Source of the DNA: Octopus vulgaris
Lineage: Eukaryota
Direction of reading: 5' to 3'
DNA: 64,000 nt
Assembly: GCA_951406725.2 (NCBI GenBank)
Contig: OX597816.1
Span: forward strand, 157,976,001-158,040,000
Both the position numbers and the translations under genes were made by a program. The notes under the pieces were generated by a model. The model was not told where the DNA came from and made no database searches. It worked only from the letters and a program-made list of their open reading frames with translations. Positions 52,245-64,000 of the stretch are shown here, in pieces. Every line of letters begins with the position of its first letter. Positions within the stretch are counted from its first letter, which is position 1.

Positions 52245-52407
52245 GATGGGCTTCTTTCAGTTTCCATCTACCAAATCCACTCACAAGGCTTTGGTTGGCC
52301 CGAAGCTATAGTAGAAGACACTTGCCCAAGGTGCCACGCAGTGTGACTGAACCTGGAACCATGTGGTTGGTAAACAAGCTACTTACCACACAGCCACTCC
52401 TGCGCCT
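51869..52407 (-). mobile_element. SINE family A nested in a TTAA MITE (about 51807-52560) and carrying a 100-bp foreign insert
   Basis: Family A sequence with a long (CA)n. MITE sequence resumes at aaagtaatctacattaaaatcttccatcaaa. Confidence 0.85.
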
Positions 52408-53949
52408 ATAAAAGTAATCTACATTAAAATCTTCCATCAAAATTTATTGTCAATTTATGTTCCAAACACAAGCTTACAGGGTTATTTTATTAAGTTAGAC
52501 ATTATTTCAAAATGAATTGAAACAGAGTTTACTTCAAGAGAAATATGGACAAAATAAAGGCTTGACTCCTCAGCATTCAAGCCGACCCTATCAGGCCCCT
52601 ACCTGTTTTATATTTAAACTGGCTAGCTCCAGCCTCTTGCACCACCCTACAATATTCTAAAGATAAACTATTACATCATCAAAATCTCAAAGCTACAAGA
52701 TAATAATGCATGGTTAATTAAAAACAATTTTAATTAAAAAAAGCATTACATTTGACAGAGAAATTTGAATACTAAAGAGTAAAAAGATCACAAGTTGAAA
52801 GCTGCAGGCAGTCAATATTCTTTCACTTGTTTCAGTCATTTGACTGCAGCCATGCCGGAGCATTGCATTAAAGGGTTTCAGTTGAAGAAAAGTCCAGGAC
52901 TTATTCTTTGTAACCTCAGTACTTACTGCATTGGTCTCTTTTGCCAAACCACTAAGTTATGGGGACATAAACACATCAGCATCAATTGTCAAGCAATGGC
53001 AAGGGGACAAACACAGACACACATACACAGATGAATCTTTGATTTGATGCTTATGTATCCTAATCCAATGTATTAATTTTGATTCTATTTGGCCAATATA
53101 ATTCTCATTGCATTGTGGACATGTGATACAACAACTGAGATTTTTGCTTCACAATTCCTACTGGTATTAACTTCAGGTCCTTCACATTCTTGGAGTTTTT
53201 TGTTTTTCCCTATTCAGTTCTGTCATACATCCCATACAGTATGCTTGACAAAGTCATCTCTCCTGACTCCATTCTCTGCTTTAAATTTCATATTTTATAA
53301 ACAAAACAAGTACTAGATAACTAATTAAAACCTTTGAAAGCCAATGAATGAAATCAGTAAAACACATACACACACAGATCTACACACATTCCTATATATA
53401 TATATACATGAACATACATAAGTCTAACGTGAAACACAACAAAAACAGGGTAAAAAAGACTTAACAAAATCAACAAACAAGTATGTAAATGTAATATAAT
53501 ATACTGTGAAGTAAAAGAAATTTTAACGTTTTGGACAGTTTTCCTTTATCAAGTTAGATGACATGAGCAGCCCCCCCCTCCCCAAAAGCATTTTTGAAGG
53601 ATTCATTACCAACTCAGCTGAAACTGGCTCTGTAGTACAAATTTCTTGTTTTCATAAGTTTTGAATTAAAATCTTCCACCAAAACTTAGTCACAATTTAT
53701 GTTCCTAACACAAGCTTATTGATAACTAAGTTATTTTACTAAATACTTTGTCATATTTAAAGTAATTGAAAGAAACACAGAAGCATGTCAAAATAAATAC
53801 AGTAACGAAAGGGTTAAGGGGAAATATGTGTAGGAGTAGTGGAGGGAAATGTGTGTGAGTGTATGAGAGAATATGACTTTGAATAAAGTATAGGATGTTG
53901 TGGGGGATTGGATATATGGTAAAATGCAAGTGATTGCAAGAGTATTATA

Positions 53950-54280
53950 ATTATACATACATACATACAGACAGACACACACACATGCATGCATACATAC
54001 ATGTACACTAAATAACATATACATGCATAGATACATACATACACACATGTACACTACAAAACATACATGCATGCATACACACATACATACACACATGTAC
54101 ACTACATAGCACATAGATGCATAAATACATACATACACACGTGTACACTACATAGCACATACATGCATAAATACATACATACACACATGTACACTACAAA
54201 ACACATGCATGCATACACACACACACACACACACACATACATACATACGTGTATACTACATAATACATGCATACATACAC
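53950..54280. repeat. Degenerate (CATA)/(CA) minisatellite
   Basis: Repeated catacatacacacatgtacactaca units. Confidence 0.9.
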
Positions 54281-55198
54281 AGAAATAATATTTACCAGAA
54301 TTACTTGTATAGATGATAACTTCTGACTGTGGTATTATAAAAGAGAAACAGCGAATAAACTGTCATCTTTCTTACCTAGAAATAAGATAGAAGAAAAAAA
54401 ATATTTAAAAAAGAATTCAAAAAGGATAAACATTCAAAAGCTATACATCAAATAGAATGAAATATAAAAACATGTCCACTAATATTGATTTCTACACTGA
54501 GACAAACACAAAATCAGAAATTTTGGTAGGTAGGTGGATGCTGTTGGCTAAAATACTTGATACCAATTTATTACTACTGACAGTACAGCCTGATTGGTAC
54601 CCATGCCGATGGCGTGTAAAAAGCACCATTTGAGTATTATCAATGCCAGTGCCACCTGATTGGTCCCATGCCGGTGGCATTTAAAAAGCACCATTCGAGC
54701 ATGATCGTTGCCAGTGCCGTTTGACTGGCCCCCATTCCAGTGGCATGTAAAAAGCACCCACTACACTCTCAGAGTAGTTGGCATTAGGAAGGGCATCCAG
54801 CTGTGGTTGGTAAGCAAGCTACTTACCACACAGCCACTCCTACACCTATATTACAGTTTTATCATAAGTGTGTCCATGCATGTTGTAAGAGGTGACTAAA
54901 GCAGTTGACAACAAAAAGGGGATCCTGCCATAAAACACTGCCTCAGAAAGGCTATTCACCTCATGCCAACAAGGAAAAGCAGTCATCAAAACACTGATGG
55001 CAGTGATGATGATGATGATGATGACAATAATAATGATATCATCACTAGCATTCAACAATTAAATGATTTTGGCATAGAGAAAGACAAGTCAGGGTCATGA
55101 AGCAAGAAATTTAAACCAAAATTGGAGTCGTTTGAATATGCATGTGTCAATGAATATATGTGAATATCTAAAATACCTATTAAGTCTCTCTTTCTATA

Positions 55199-55230
<32 letters not shown>

Positions 55231-55232
55231 TA

Positions 55233-55443
55233 GAGTAATCCCTCGACTATCACAGGTGTTACGTTCCAAAACCCCACTACGATAGGTGAAAATCCACGAC
55301 ATAGAAACAGTACTGTACTGTATATTTTTTTTTTAGTATTTTTATAATCTGTATCCTTTTATTTTATTATAAATGCAAAACAACACCACAAAGGAATCAA
55401 CGTAAGCTTAAATAATAAACCTCAATACAGCAAGGGATTACTG
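55233..55443. mobile_element. Tigger/pogo-like MITE
   Basis: TIRs gagtaatccctcg / caagggattactg, inserted in a TA/CA microsatellite. Confidence 0.7.
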
Positions 55444-55819
55444 TGTGTGTGTGTGTATAGCCAAATAGTAAAAGGTAAATATGCTTGCGTTCAGTTCATG
55501 AACTATAAACATATCTATATATATATATAAGTATGTAAAAGGTAAATGTGTTACAGGGTTTGTGGGGGAGTTAAACAGACAGGTAGATCAAAATACCAAA
55601 AGGTACAAACATATGGTGTTGTATGTTGCAAATGAAAGAATCACTCTTAAAGAAAGAAGAATGAAGAGAGGGTGGAAAGAAATACAAAAGGAGTGAAGAA
55701 GGCAGAGATAAAACAAAGTGATAGAGATATTGAGGGAGAGAGAGAGAGAGAGAAAGAGAAGGGCAAAAGAAAAGGCAAGAATAATTAGAAGGGGAAAAGG
55801 GTGTTCTTTGTTGTTATGT

Positions 55820-56530
55820 GAGGTGGTGACCTGGCAGGATTGTTCGAGTTTTAGTTAAAATGCTTTGCAGTAGTTGTGCCTAGTCCTTACATTCTGAGTT
55901 CAAACCTTACACCAAGGTCAACTTTGCCATTCATCTTACTGGGGTTGATAAAATAAAGTACCAGTCAAGTATTGGGGATGTATTTGACTAACCCCCTCCC
56001 CCTATAACTGCTGGCCCTGTGTCAAAATTATAAAGAATTATTATTGTTATATTGATGATGGTGATGAGCTGGCAGATCATCAATGTGTGATTAAAAGGTG
56101 GTGAGCTGACAAACGTTAAAACGCTGGGCGAAATGCTTAGCGGTATTTCGTCTGTCAACGTTCTGAATTCAAATTCCATCGAGATTGACTTTGCCTTTCA
56201 TCCTTTGGGGTTGATAAATTAAGTACCAGTTACACACTGGGGTCGAGGTAATTGATTTAATCCCTTTGTCTGTCCTTGTTTGTCCCCTCTATGTTTAGCC
56301 CCTTGTGGGCAATAAAGAAATAAGAATCATTAATGTGTCAGACAAAATGCTTATCGAAATTTCTTCCAGCTCTATACATTCTGAGTTCAAATACTGCCAA
56401 AATCAACTTTATCTTTCATCTTTTTGGGGGTTAATAAAATAAAGTGCTCATCAACTACTGGGGTTAATATAATCAACTAATGCCTCTCCTCAAAACTGCT
56501 GGCTTTGTGCTTAAATTAGAAACCATTATT
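55820..56530 (+). mobile_element. Nested and tandem family B SINEs in plus orientation
   Basis: A younger copy at about 56095-56325 is inserted in an older one. Imperfect TSD atcatcaatgtgt / atcattaatgtgt. Confidence 0.8.
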
Positions 56531-58254
56531 ATAAACACAGATTTGGTTGAACTTACTTTTACTCAAACTACAAAGAAAAGCTATATACATATGAGCCACC
56601 GAAGGAGCTTTTACATAGTCTTTGAACTTCCCAGAAGGAGCAACCAAGATCTCCCTCAAATCACAGTTTACTATCTTAAAAAGGAAAGGACATATAGGAA
56701 GATGTAGTCCTAGATACATCGTGACTGAAAGAAAACAGTAGAGTTATGGCAGGAATGCCTTTGATCTTCCCAATCATGGCTTATCTGGGGCAAAACAACA
56801 ACAACAATTTATATCCATAAAATAATTTATTGGACATAATATACTTCCGAATATCAAATAGAAACCATTTCAGAAAAAAAGTGTTAAGTTAGATTACATT
56901 AAGAGCAAAGAGCATTAACATCCATTTTACTTAACTGAAATATAGATGAAACAATTATGGCTATTTCAGTGTTAGCTTACTAGCCAAGTTTATCTATAAA
57001 TCAAGGTGAAGAGTGTTGGTGATGAGTAAGATCTTAAATAATTAATTCAGATAGAATAATCAACGCACACACACACACACACACATATATGCAAAGGCGC
57101 AGACACAGATACGCAAACATAGATAATATACATACATAAACACAAAGAAATGTAATACATACTCAAACACAGACACACTACACACACAAATACACACGCT
57201 TAAATACACAGTGGTGTATCTTGAATCTAAAATAGATAGCCTCTTAGAATTCCTTCCCATAAATATATATATATAAAAATAAAGAATCCTTTAGATAAAA
57301 AGCCAGAACTATTCCTAAACTGAGGCCTAAAATATAATTTATACTATATTTAGTAGAAAGAAATTTTCAGATCTTGAAATAAGAAAAACCATTATTTGAA
57401 GTAAATATAACAGTCACCATTCCAACAGCAATACTATTTCTAGATAAAACTGCTTGCGACACAAACTGTCACTATATCAAATTGGTTCCTCCTAATCACT
57501 ACCCGCCCACCACCCTAAGCTACAGTAATGCAACCCCAGGGTGGATCTTTATCGTCAGTCAGTCACAACCGAAGGCAGTTTATGTTTATAATGTAATACT
57601 ATATTTAGTCAGACAAGATTATTTCCATTGAAAGTGCACAAAATGGTAGAAAAACAAAACTAGTTTATCATTTAAAATAGCACAATTCCATCTCAAATAT
57701 CAAACCTTGGAGAAAAGATTTTAACAAAAAAAATTGTTTTTCATATGGCGCGTGCCGCATGGTTGAGAGTAGGAATCTCTTGATGGTTATTCTGTGTGCA
57801 AAGGAAGGAAAGACACACAACACAACAAACACAGTATGATTGGATTATTAAATCAGAGAAGGAAAAAAAAACCATGATGAATGATCAGGGTACTTGAGAT
57901 GTTGCCCAACCAAATGGGGATAAAAAACAAAAGCAAAGGAAAATGCATGGATATTAAACAAAGGCGGAGGTTCAGTGGAGTAAGGTAAGTGGTCATTAGT
58001 TGATACAAAAAGTAGTAGTTTAGACACAGTACATGACCTTTATAGTTTGATTTACATAATATTGAAGATTTAATAGCATGAGCCCTTTTAGTAGTATTTC
58101 TCCCAACATTACACTGAGTTCAAATGCAACTGAAGTTAACTTTGTTTTTTTAGGGTCGATAAAATAAGTACCAGCTGAGCGCTGGGGTTGGTGTTAATTG
58201 ACTGGCCCCTTCCCCCAAAATTTCAGGCAGTGTATCTATAATAGAAAGGATTAT

Positions 58255-58464
58255 TATTCTTTTATTCTTTTACTTGTTTCAGTCATTTGACTGTGGCCAT
58301 GTTAAGGTGCTGTCTTTAGTCAAACAAACTGACCCCAGGACTTATTCTTTGTAAGCCTAGTACTTATTCTATCAATCTCTTTTGCTAAACCACTAAGTTA
58401 CGGGGATGTAGACACACTAACATTGGTTGTCAAACGATAATGGTGGGGACAAACAGACACACAA

Positions 58465-58515
<51 letters not shown>

Positions 58516-58673
58516 GCTTCTTTCAGTTTCCGTCTACAAAATCCACTCACAAGGCTTTGGTTGACCCGAGGCTATAGCAGAAGACACTAGCCCAAGGTGC
58601 CATGCAGCGAGACTGAACCTGGAACCATGTGGTTAGGAAACAAGCTTCTTACCACACAGCCACTCCTGCACCT
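58255..58673 (-). mobile_element. SINE family A
   Basis: End-to-end match. Another full copy at 61253-61690 (-). Confidence 0.85.
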
Positions 58674-59635
58674 ATTACTGATTCTAACATTTATTGGTAA
58701 AAGTTAAGAAAATAAAATAAGCAAAAATGATCATCAACTAAACAGAATGGAATCATCTTATTCTATTTCCAAAATCAACAAAGAAGCCTCTACATGATTA
58801 CTTGATCTCTTAGAAATAGCAACCGGATCGCTTAAATCTCACCTCTTCTCAAACATAAACAAAAAAAAAACAAAGATACATTGGAAAATGTAGTCTGAGG
58901 TAATCAAGGTCTAAAAAGATGGGATGGTCACAATGGGAATATCTTTGATCACAGGCCAGCTCAATCAAGGATGACCAGGTACAAAACGGAAAACATAACA
59001 TACCTTCATCAATAAGGTACCGTTGGATATTTTCATTACTAATTAAGATGAAGGTCTTCAATTAGAAATTTAAACCTTTGGAAATGACTCATAATGCAGT
59101 TTAGATAATCTATTTATCTCAAGTATGAATGTTTGTTGAACTCCAAAGAGCTTTCCAAGGCTTGGAGATTAGCCATAACTAAGTACTTGAGAGATATAAT
59201 TTCTACTTAGTTACTACATCAGTCTTTCACAGGTAATATTTTCCTGTGAGCTTGTAATTACAGTTAAATCAACCAAGGGATGTTGATTTAGATCTGCTCT
59301 TCAAATATTCAACAAAGCTCCGACTTGGAATGGAATTCAAGATCTAAGGAGTTGGTAGGGCAATGCTAAATACATTTGATCATTTTGCTTTCACTTTTAA
59401 ATACAAAGAAAAAACAATTTTAATTACTCTTATCTTATTACTTGTCCATTTTAATAATCAGCTAAACAGTAATACCCTACTGATCAATCAACGTCTTACA
59501 GACCAAACAAAAACAATGATCAACAAGGTGTTGCTTTTGCAATGTCTTGTTGACCAAGCAACAACAATGTCCTACTGACCAGCCAAATGTAATGCTCCGA
59601 CTGCCCAGCAAAAAGCAACGTTCTACTGATTAACC

Positions 59636-60042
59636 TATTTCTTTACTACCCACAAGGGGCTAAACACAGAAGGGACAAACAAGGACAGACAAACGGATTA
59701 AGTCGATTATATTGACCCCAGTGCATAACTGGTACTTATTTAATTGACCCTGAAAGGATGAAAGGCAAAGTCGACCGCAGCGGAATTTGAATTCAGAACG
59801 TTGACAGATGAAATACCTATTTCTTTTCAACCCACAAGGGGCTAAACACAGAGGGAACAAACAAGGACAGACAAACGGATTAAGTCGATTATATTGACCC
59901 CAGTGCATAACTGGTACTTATTTAATCAACCCTGAAAGGATGAAAAGCAAAGTCAACCTCGGCGGAATTTGAACTCAGAACATAGCGGCAGACGAAATAC
60001 TGCTAAGCATTTTGCCTGGCGTGCTAACGATTCTGCCAGCTT
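59636..60042 (-). mobile_element. Tandem dimer of family B SINEs with a shared TSD
   Basis: Two near-identical ~180-bp units. tgattaacc flanks the whole dimer. Confidence 0.85.
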
Positions 60043-61171
60043 GATTAACCATCAGCAATGTCTGACTGACCAATCAAAAATATTGACCCACTAACCATCT
60101 AAACACACTGACCTAATGACAAGTCAAGAGCTGCCATTACAGTATCATAAATAGCAGTACTCTACTACCACTTTACTCTCTGTCCATTCTTCAGCCAATC
60201 CTAAGGATTTCTTGGATGATACTAATATGGTAAATGTGTAATTATTGTTATCTGGTTAATTGCATACAATTAGGTTAACCAACTTGGTAAATGCACACAT
60301 GCACACACACACACAAGAATGCAAGCAAAATATAGTTTAGAGAAAAATGAAGCAAGGGAGCTTCTCTACAAGGTTGCTCAACCTGCAAGAGACAGCAGTC
60401 AGGTCACTTGCTGTCTTAGAAAGAGAACATTGGATGTCTTGGGGAAGGCATGTACTGTGTATGAAAAATGGATGGCCAGAGAAAGGAATCCTTTATAGGA
60501 TCCAGTTAGCTCAAGACATCATCAGGAGGAACCATGTCCGGTTCCGGCCCCTACTCCTCTACCGTTTTGACATGGCAGGCCCCCCATCCTTTCAGAGGTG
60601 TCTTCAGCTCTAGTGTTGGGTGCATGTCTTCTTTCTTTTTCTTTCTTCTGTTCCCTGGCCTCTTCGATGTAGCATCAACGAGTGTCAGCGACAATAATCA
60701 CAAACCTGTTCAATAAGCAGCAGTTTGGAGAAAAGCAAATCTACTGCATAGACAAAATGTCACAGCTTAATTTAGCTGAACACACCATCACACATGGCAA
60801 GTTTAATAATAACTGTTGCTACCTACAGAAGGTCATGTCTAGGAATGTAGTTTAAACTTTGATTTTCAATGAAAGAGATAATGACACTGCACAGTCTTCA
60901 GTTTCAAAGATTCACACCCACACAACATAGGAACATGACAATGATGGAGAGAAGAGAGAATAAGATAAAGAGAGAAACAGAAAAGAAGAGAATATATAAA
61001 ACACACACATTTTGTACCATGTTCCATGCCAGCCTGGAACATGGATGTTAAATGATAACGATGATAATGATGATGACAGACATTATCATGCTTCACATCT
61101 TTGTAAGTATTTTCAGCAAAATATTGCTATAGGTGATGCTTTTTGCAGTTTCATACTTATTAACTAAAGAA

Positions 61172-61203
<32 letters not shown>

Positions 61204-62764
61204 CATATACAATAAATGTATAAACATCCTTGTGTGTATGCATGAGTGTGCATACTCTTTACTCTCTTTTACTCTCTTACTTGTTTCAGTCATTTTGACT
61301 GTGGCTATGCTGGAGCACCGCCTTTAGTCAAGCAAATCGACCCCAAGACTTATTCTTTGTAAGCCTAGTACTTATTCTATCGGACTCTTTTGCTGAACTG
61401 CTAAGTTACGGGGACATAAACACACCAGCACCGGTTGTCAAACAATGTTGAGAGAACAAACACACACACACACACACACACACATACATACACATATGTA
61501 TATATATATACATACATCATATATATATATATATACATATATACGATGGGCTTCTTTCAGTTTCCATCTACCAAATCCACTCACAAGGCTTTGGTCGGCC
61601 CGAGGCTATAGTAGAAGACACTTGCCCAAGGTGCAACTCAGTGGGAATGAAGCCGGAACCATGTGGTTTGTAAGCAAGCTACTTACCACATACACATGCA
61701 TACACATATGAATGATTTTATATACATCAAAAGTCGATAAATGCATTGGACTTGAAACTCAAGGCTCTTGAATAACCTCTAAAGTGATCCTAGCAAATAA
61801 TAGTATACACACTCCATTTACACAGTAAGTTTTCTTTCTCCCATTTGTAAAACCAAATATACTTACATCTACATACATACTTATACACACACGTGCATGC
61901 GTGTCCCCATCTTATGTGTTTTTATGGTAGCATGGGTTTGAATGATACTTATTCCAAGTTGTACTTTCACAGTTGGATTCTCTTCGAGTTCAACCCTTAA
62001 CTAATTTACATGTAATTTTTTTTTATTCTACTGCTTGGGTGTCACAGACCTACAAGACAATATTCACTGGAGATGCAAACATTGTAACACCATGAGGCAA
62101 TCTCATGGAGAAAGTGAAAATGACAACTTTCATGCACATCTATGCACACACATACACACAGAGGCTTCACTGCAGTATCCATCTACTGATCCACTCACAA
62201 GCCACTGGCTGGCCCAAGGCAATAGTAGATAACATTGCACAAAATGCCATGCACTGGACCTAAACCTAAAACCACATGTTTGCCAAGTGAACTTCATAAC
62301 CATAAAACCATGTCTGCACCTAGCCATGTGCATGTCTGTGCAAGTGTCATCTATTTATTACTTATACCACCAGCCATCCAAAACCGTTTTGTCCAAGTCT
62401 TCATCACTCTTGCTCTTATTGCCCACACATCACTTTTATTCATGCTTCTCACTCTATAAGAAGGCAAATGAACAAAAGATGTGAGCTTGAGGTCCATTTA
62501 GGTATGACAAAGACATGGCTATCTCTGTAGTGCTGGAGTTACAAAACAAGCACCCAGTACACTCTGTAAAGTGGTTGGTGTTAGGAAGGACATCCAGCTG
62601 TAGAAACCAAACCAAAATGAAATATGATAAAGATAAGGAACCCTGATGCATCTATGCAAGCAGACTCACTCAACAAGCATTTTCAGCAGACGTAAAACAA
62701 CAATGATGATAATGATGAAATAAATGTGTGTGTGTGTGTGTACATGTGTCTATGTTTGTTTATA

Positions 62765-63090
62765 AAACTCACACTCCAGTAGTTATGATGACAAGGGTTC
62801 CAGGTGATCGTATCAATAGAACAGCCTGCTTGTGAAATTAATTTGCAAGTGGCTGAGCTCTCCACATACACACACACCCTTAACACAGTTCGCAGGGAGA
62901 TTCAGCATGACTCAGAATGTGACAGAGTTGGCCCTTTGAAATATAGATACAACTCATTTTTGCCAATTAGGTGGACTAGAGCAACTCGAAATAAAGTATC
63001 ATGCTTAAGAACACAACATGCTGCTGGTAATTGAACTCACGGCCTTATGATCATGAGCTGAATACACTAACCACTAAGCCATGTGCCTTC
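62765..63090 (-). mobile_element. SINE with tRNA-like head (family C relative)
   Basis: Reverse-complement head gaaggcacatggcttagtggttagtg...gagttcaattacc. 3' part homologous to 10790-10925. Confidence 0.75.
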
Positions 63091-63130
63091 AGTGTAATGG
63101 TTATCACATCTGCTTAACACACAGAAGGTC
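63091..63130 (+). pseudogene. tRNA-Val(AAC) fragment (D arm and anticodon arm only)
   Basis: agtgtaatggttatcacatctgc-ttAACac-acagaaggtc matches the metazoan tRNA-Val pattern. Acceptor stem and T arm are absent. Confidence 0.7.
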
Positions 63131-63876
63131 ACTCACTAGAACCTGTGTTTGTTTATATCTGTGCTTACATATACGAAAGTCACAATGTTCAAATGTTATA
63201 ACTTCTCCAGTAATAAATCATTTTTTCATTTCATACCTTCAAAGCCCTTATTTGAACAAGGGGTAAGGGTCAGTGTCACAAAGGCCATCTGGCTGTAAAA
63301 CAATACATCAATAACATATTTGCCTAACTCATGCTATCTTGGAAAAAATGAATGTAAAATAAACAAATGAAAACAAATATATGTAAGTCTTATGCTATAA
63401 TACAGAACTGTGTATATCTAAAACATGTTGAGATTTTCCAAACTATTTTAATGGAGTGCTTCAGATTGAACAAAGATTCAGTGTTGTAGAATAACTGCCA
63501 GAATGAAAGGGAGGTTTTAGATTAATAGAACGAACAAGATGCCATCTATTTCATAGAAGAACTAGTTGTTTAGATCTAGCGAGTTTAGAGATGAAAGAGA
63601 GAGATATAAGGTGGGTGTGTAGTGTTGTGTTGGAAGAAAGGGGTAAATACAATTGAGAGAGAGAAAGTGAGAAGCATGAGAGAGAGAGAGAATGAAAGAA
63701 AGGGGGTGAGTGGAGAGAAGGAAAGATTAAAAAAGTAGGGAGAGGTGAGAAGACAAAAGTAATAGAAGTGGAGAAAGAATATGAGAGAGATAGAGGGAGA
63801 AAGAGACAGAGCAAGATGGCATCTAGAATAGAGAAACTGAGAGAGGATGCTGGTAGAGAGGAAGGGGAAAAGTGTA

Positions 63877-63959
<83 letters not shown>

Positions 63960-64000
63960 TGTACCATGTAAAAAGCAGTCTGCTGGGTGGTTGGTGTTAG

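Overview
This is AT-rich, repeat-dense eukaryotic DNA, not prokaryotic. The SINE families, microsatellite load and MITE types look like an octopus (coleoid cephalopod) genome; that assignment is recognition from memory, not a database result. Almost all ORFs in the track are artefacts of SINEs or microsatellites. I found no intact protein-coding gene, CRISPR array, rRNA or intact tRNA. The window contains: dozens of tRNA-derived SINE copies from about 4 families, several with clear target-site duplications (TSDs); decayed RTE and CR1 LINE pieces; Tc1 and DD37D/maT-like transposase relics; hAT, piggyBac-like and Tigger-like MITEs; a complete non-autonomous Helitron; and Helentron fragments, one retaining an AP-endonuclease remnant. 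Splice signals suggest the last two exons and poly(A) signal of a + strand gene at 360-1955. Scattered candidate small or UTR exons suggest a large - strand transcription unit, so most of the window is probably intronic. I found no convincing novel multi-gene system. The best oddities are a ~270-bp foldback with a hammerhead-like centre, a 100-bp templated insertion inside a SINE, a tRNA-Val fragment fused to a SINE head, pre-miRNA-like hairpins and a perfect RFX X-box.
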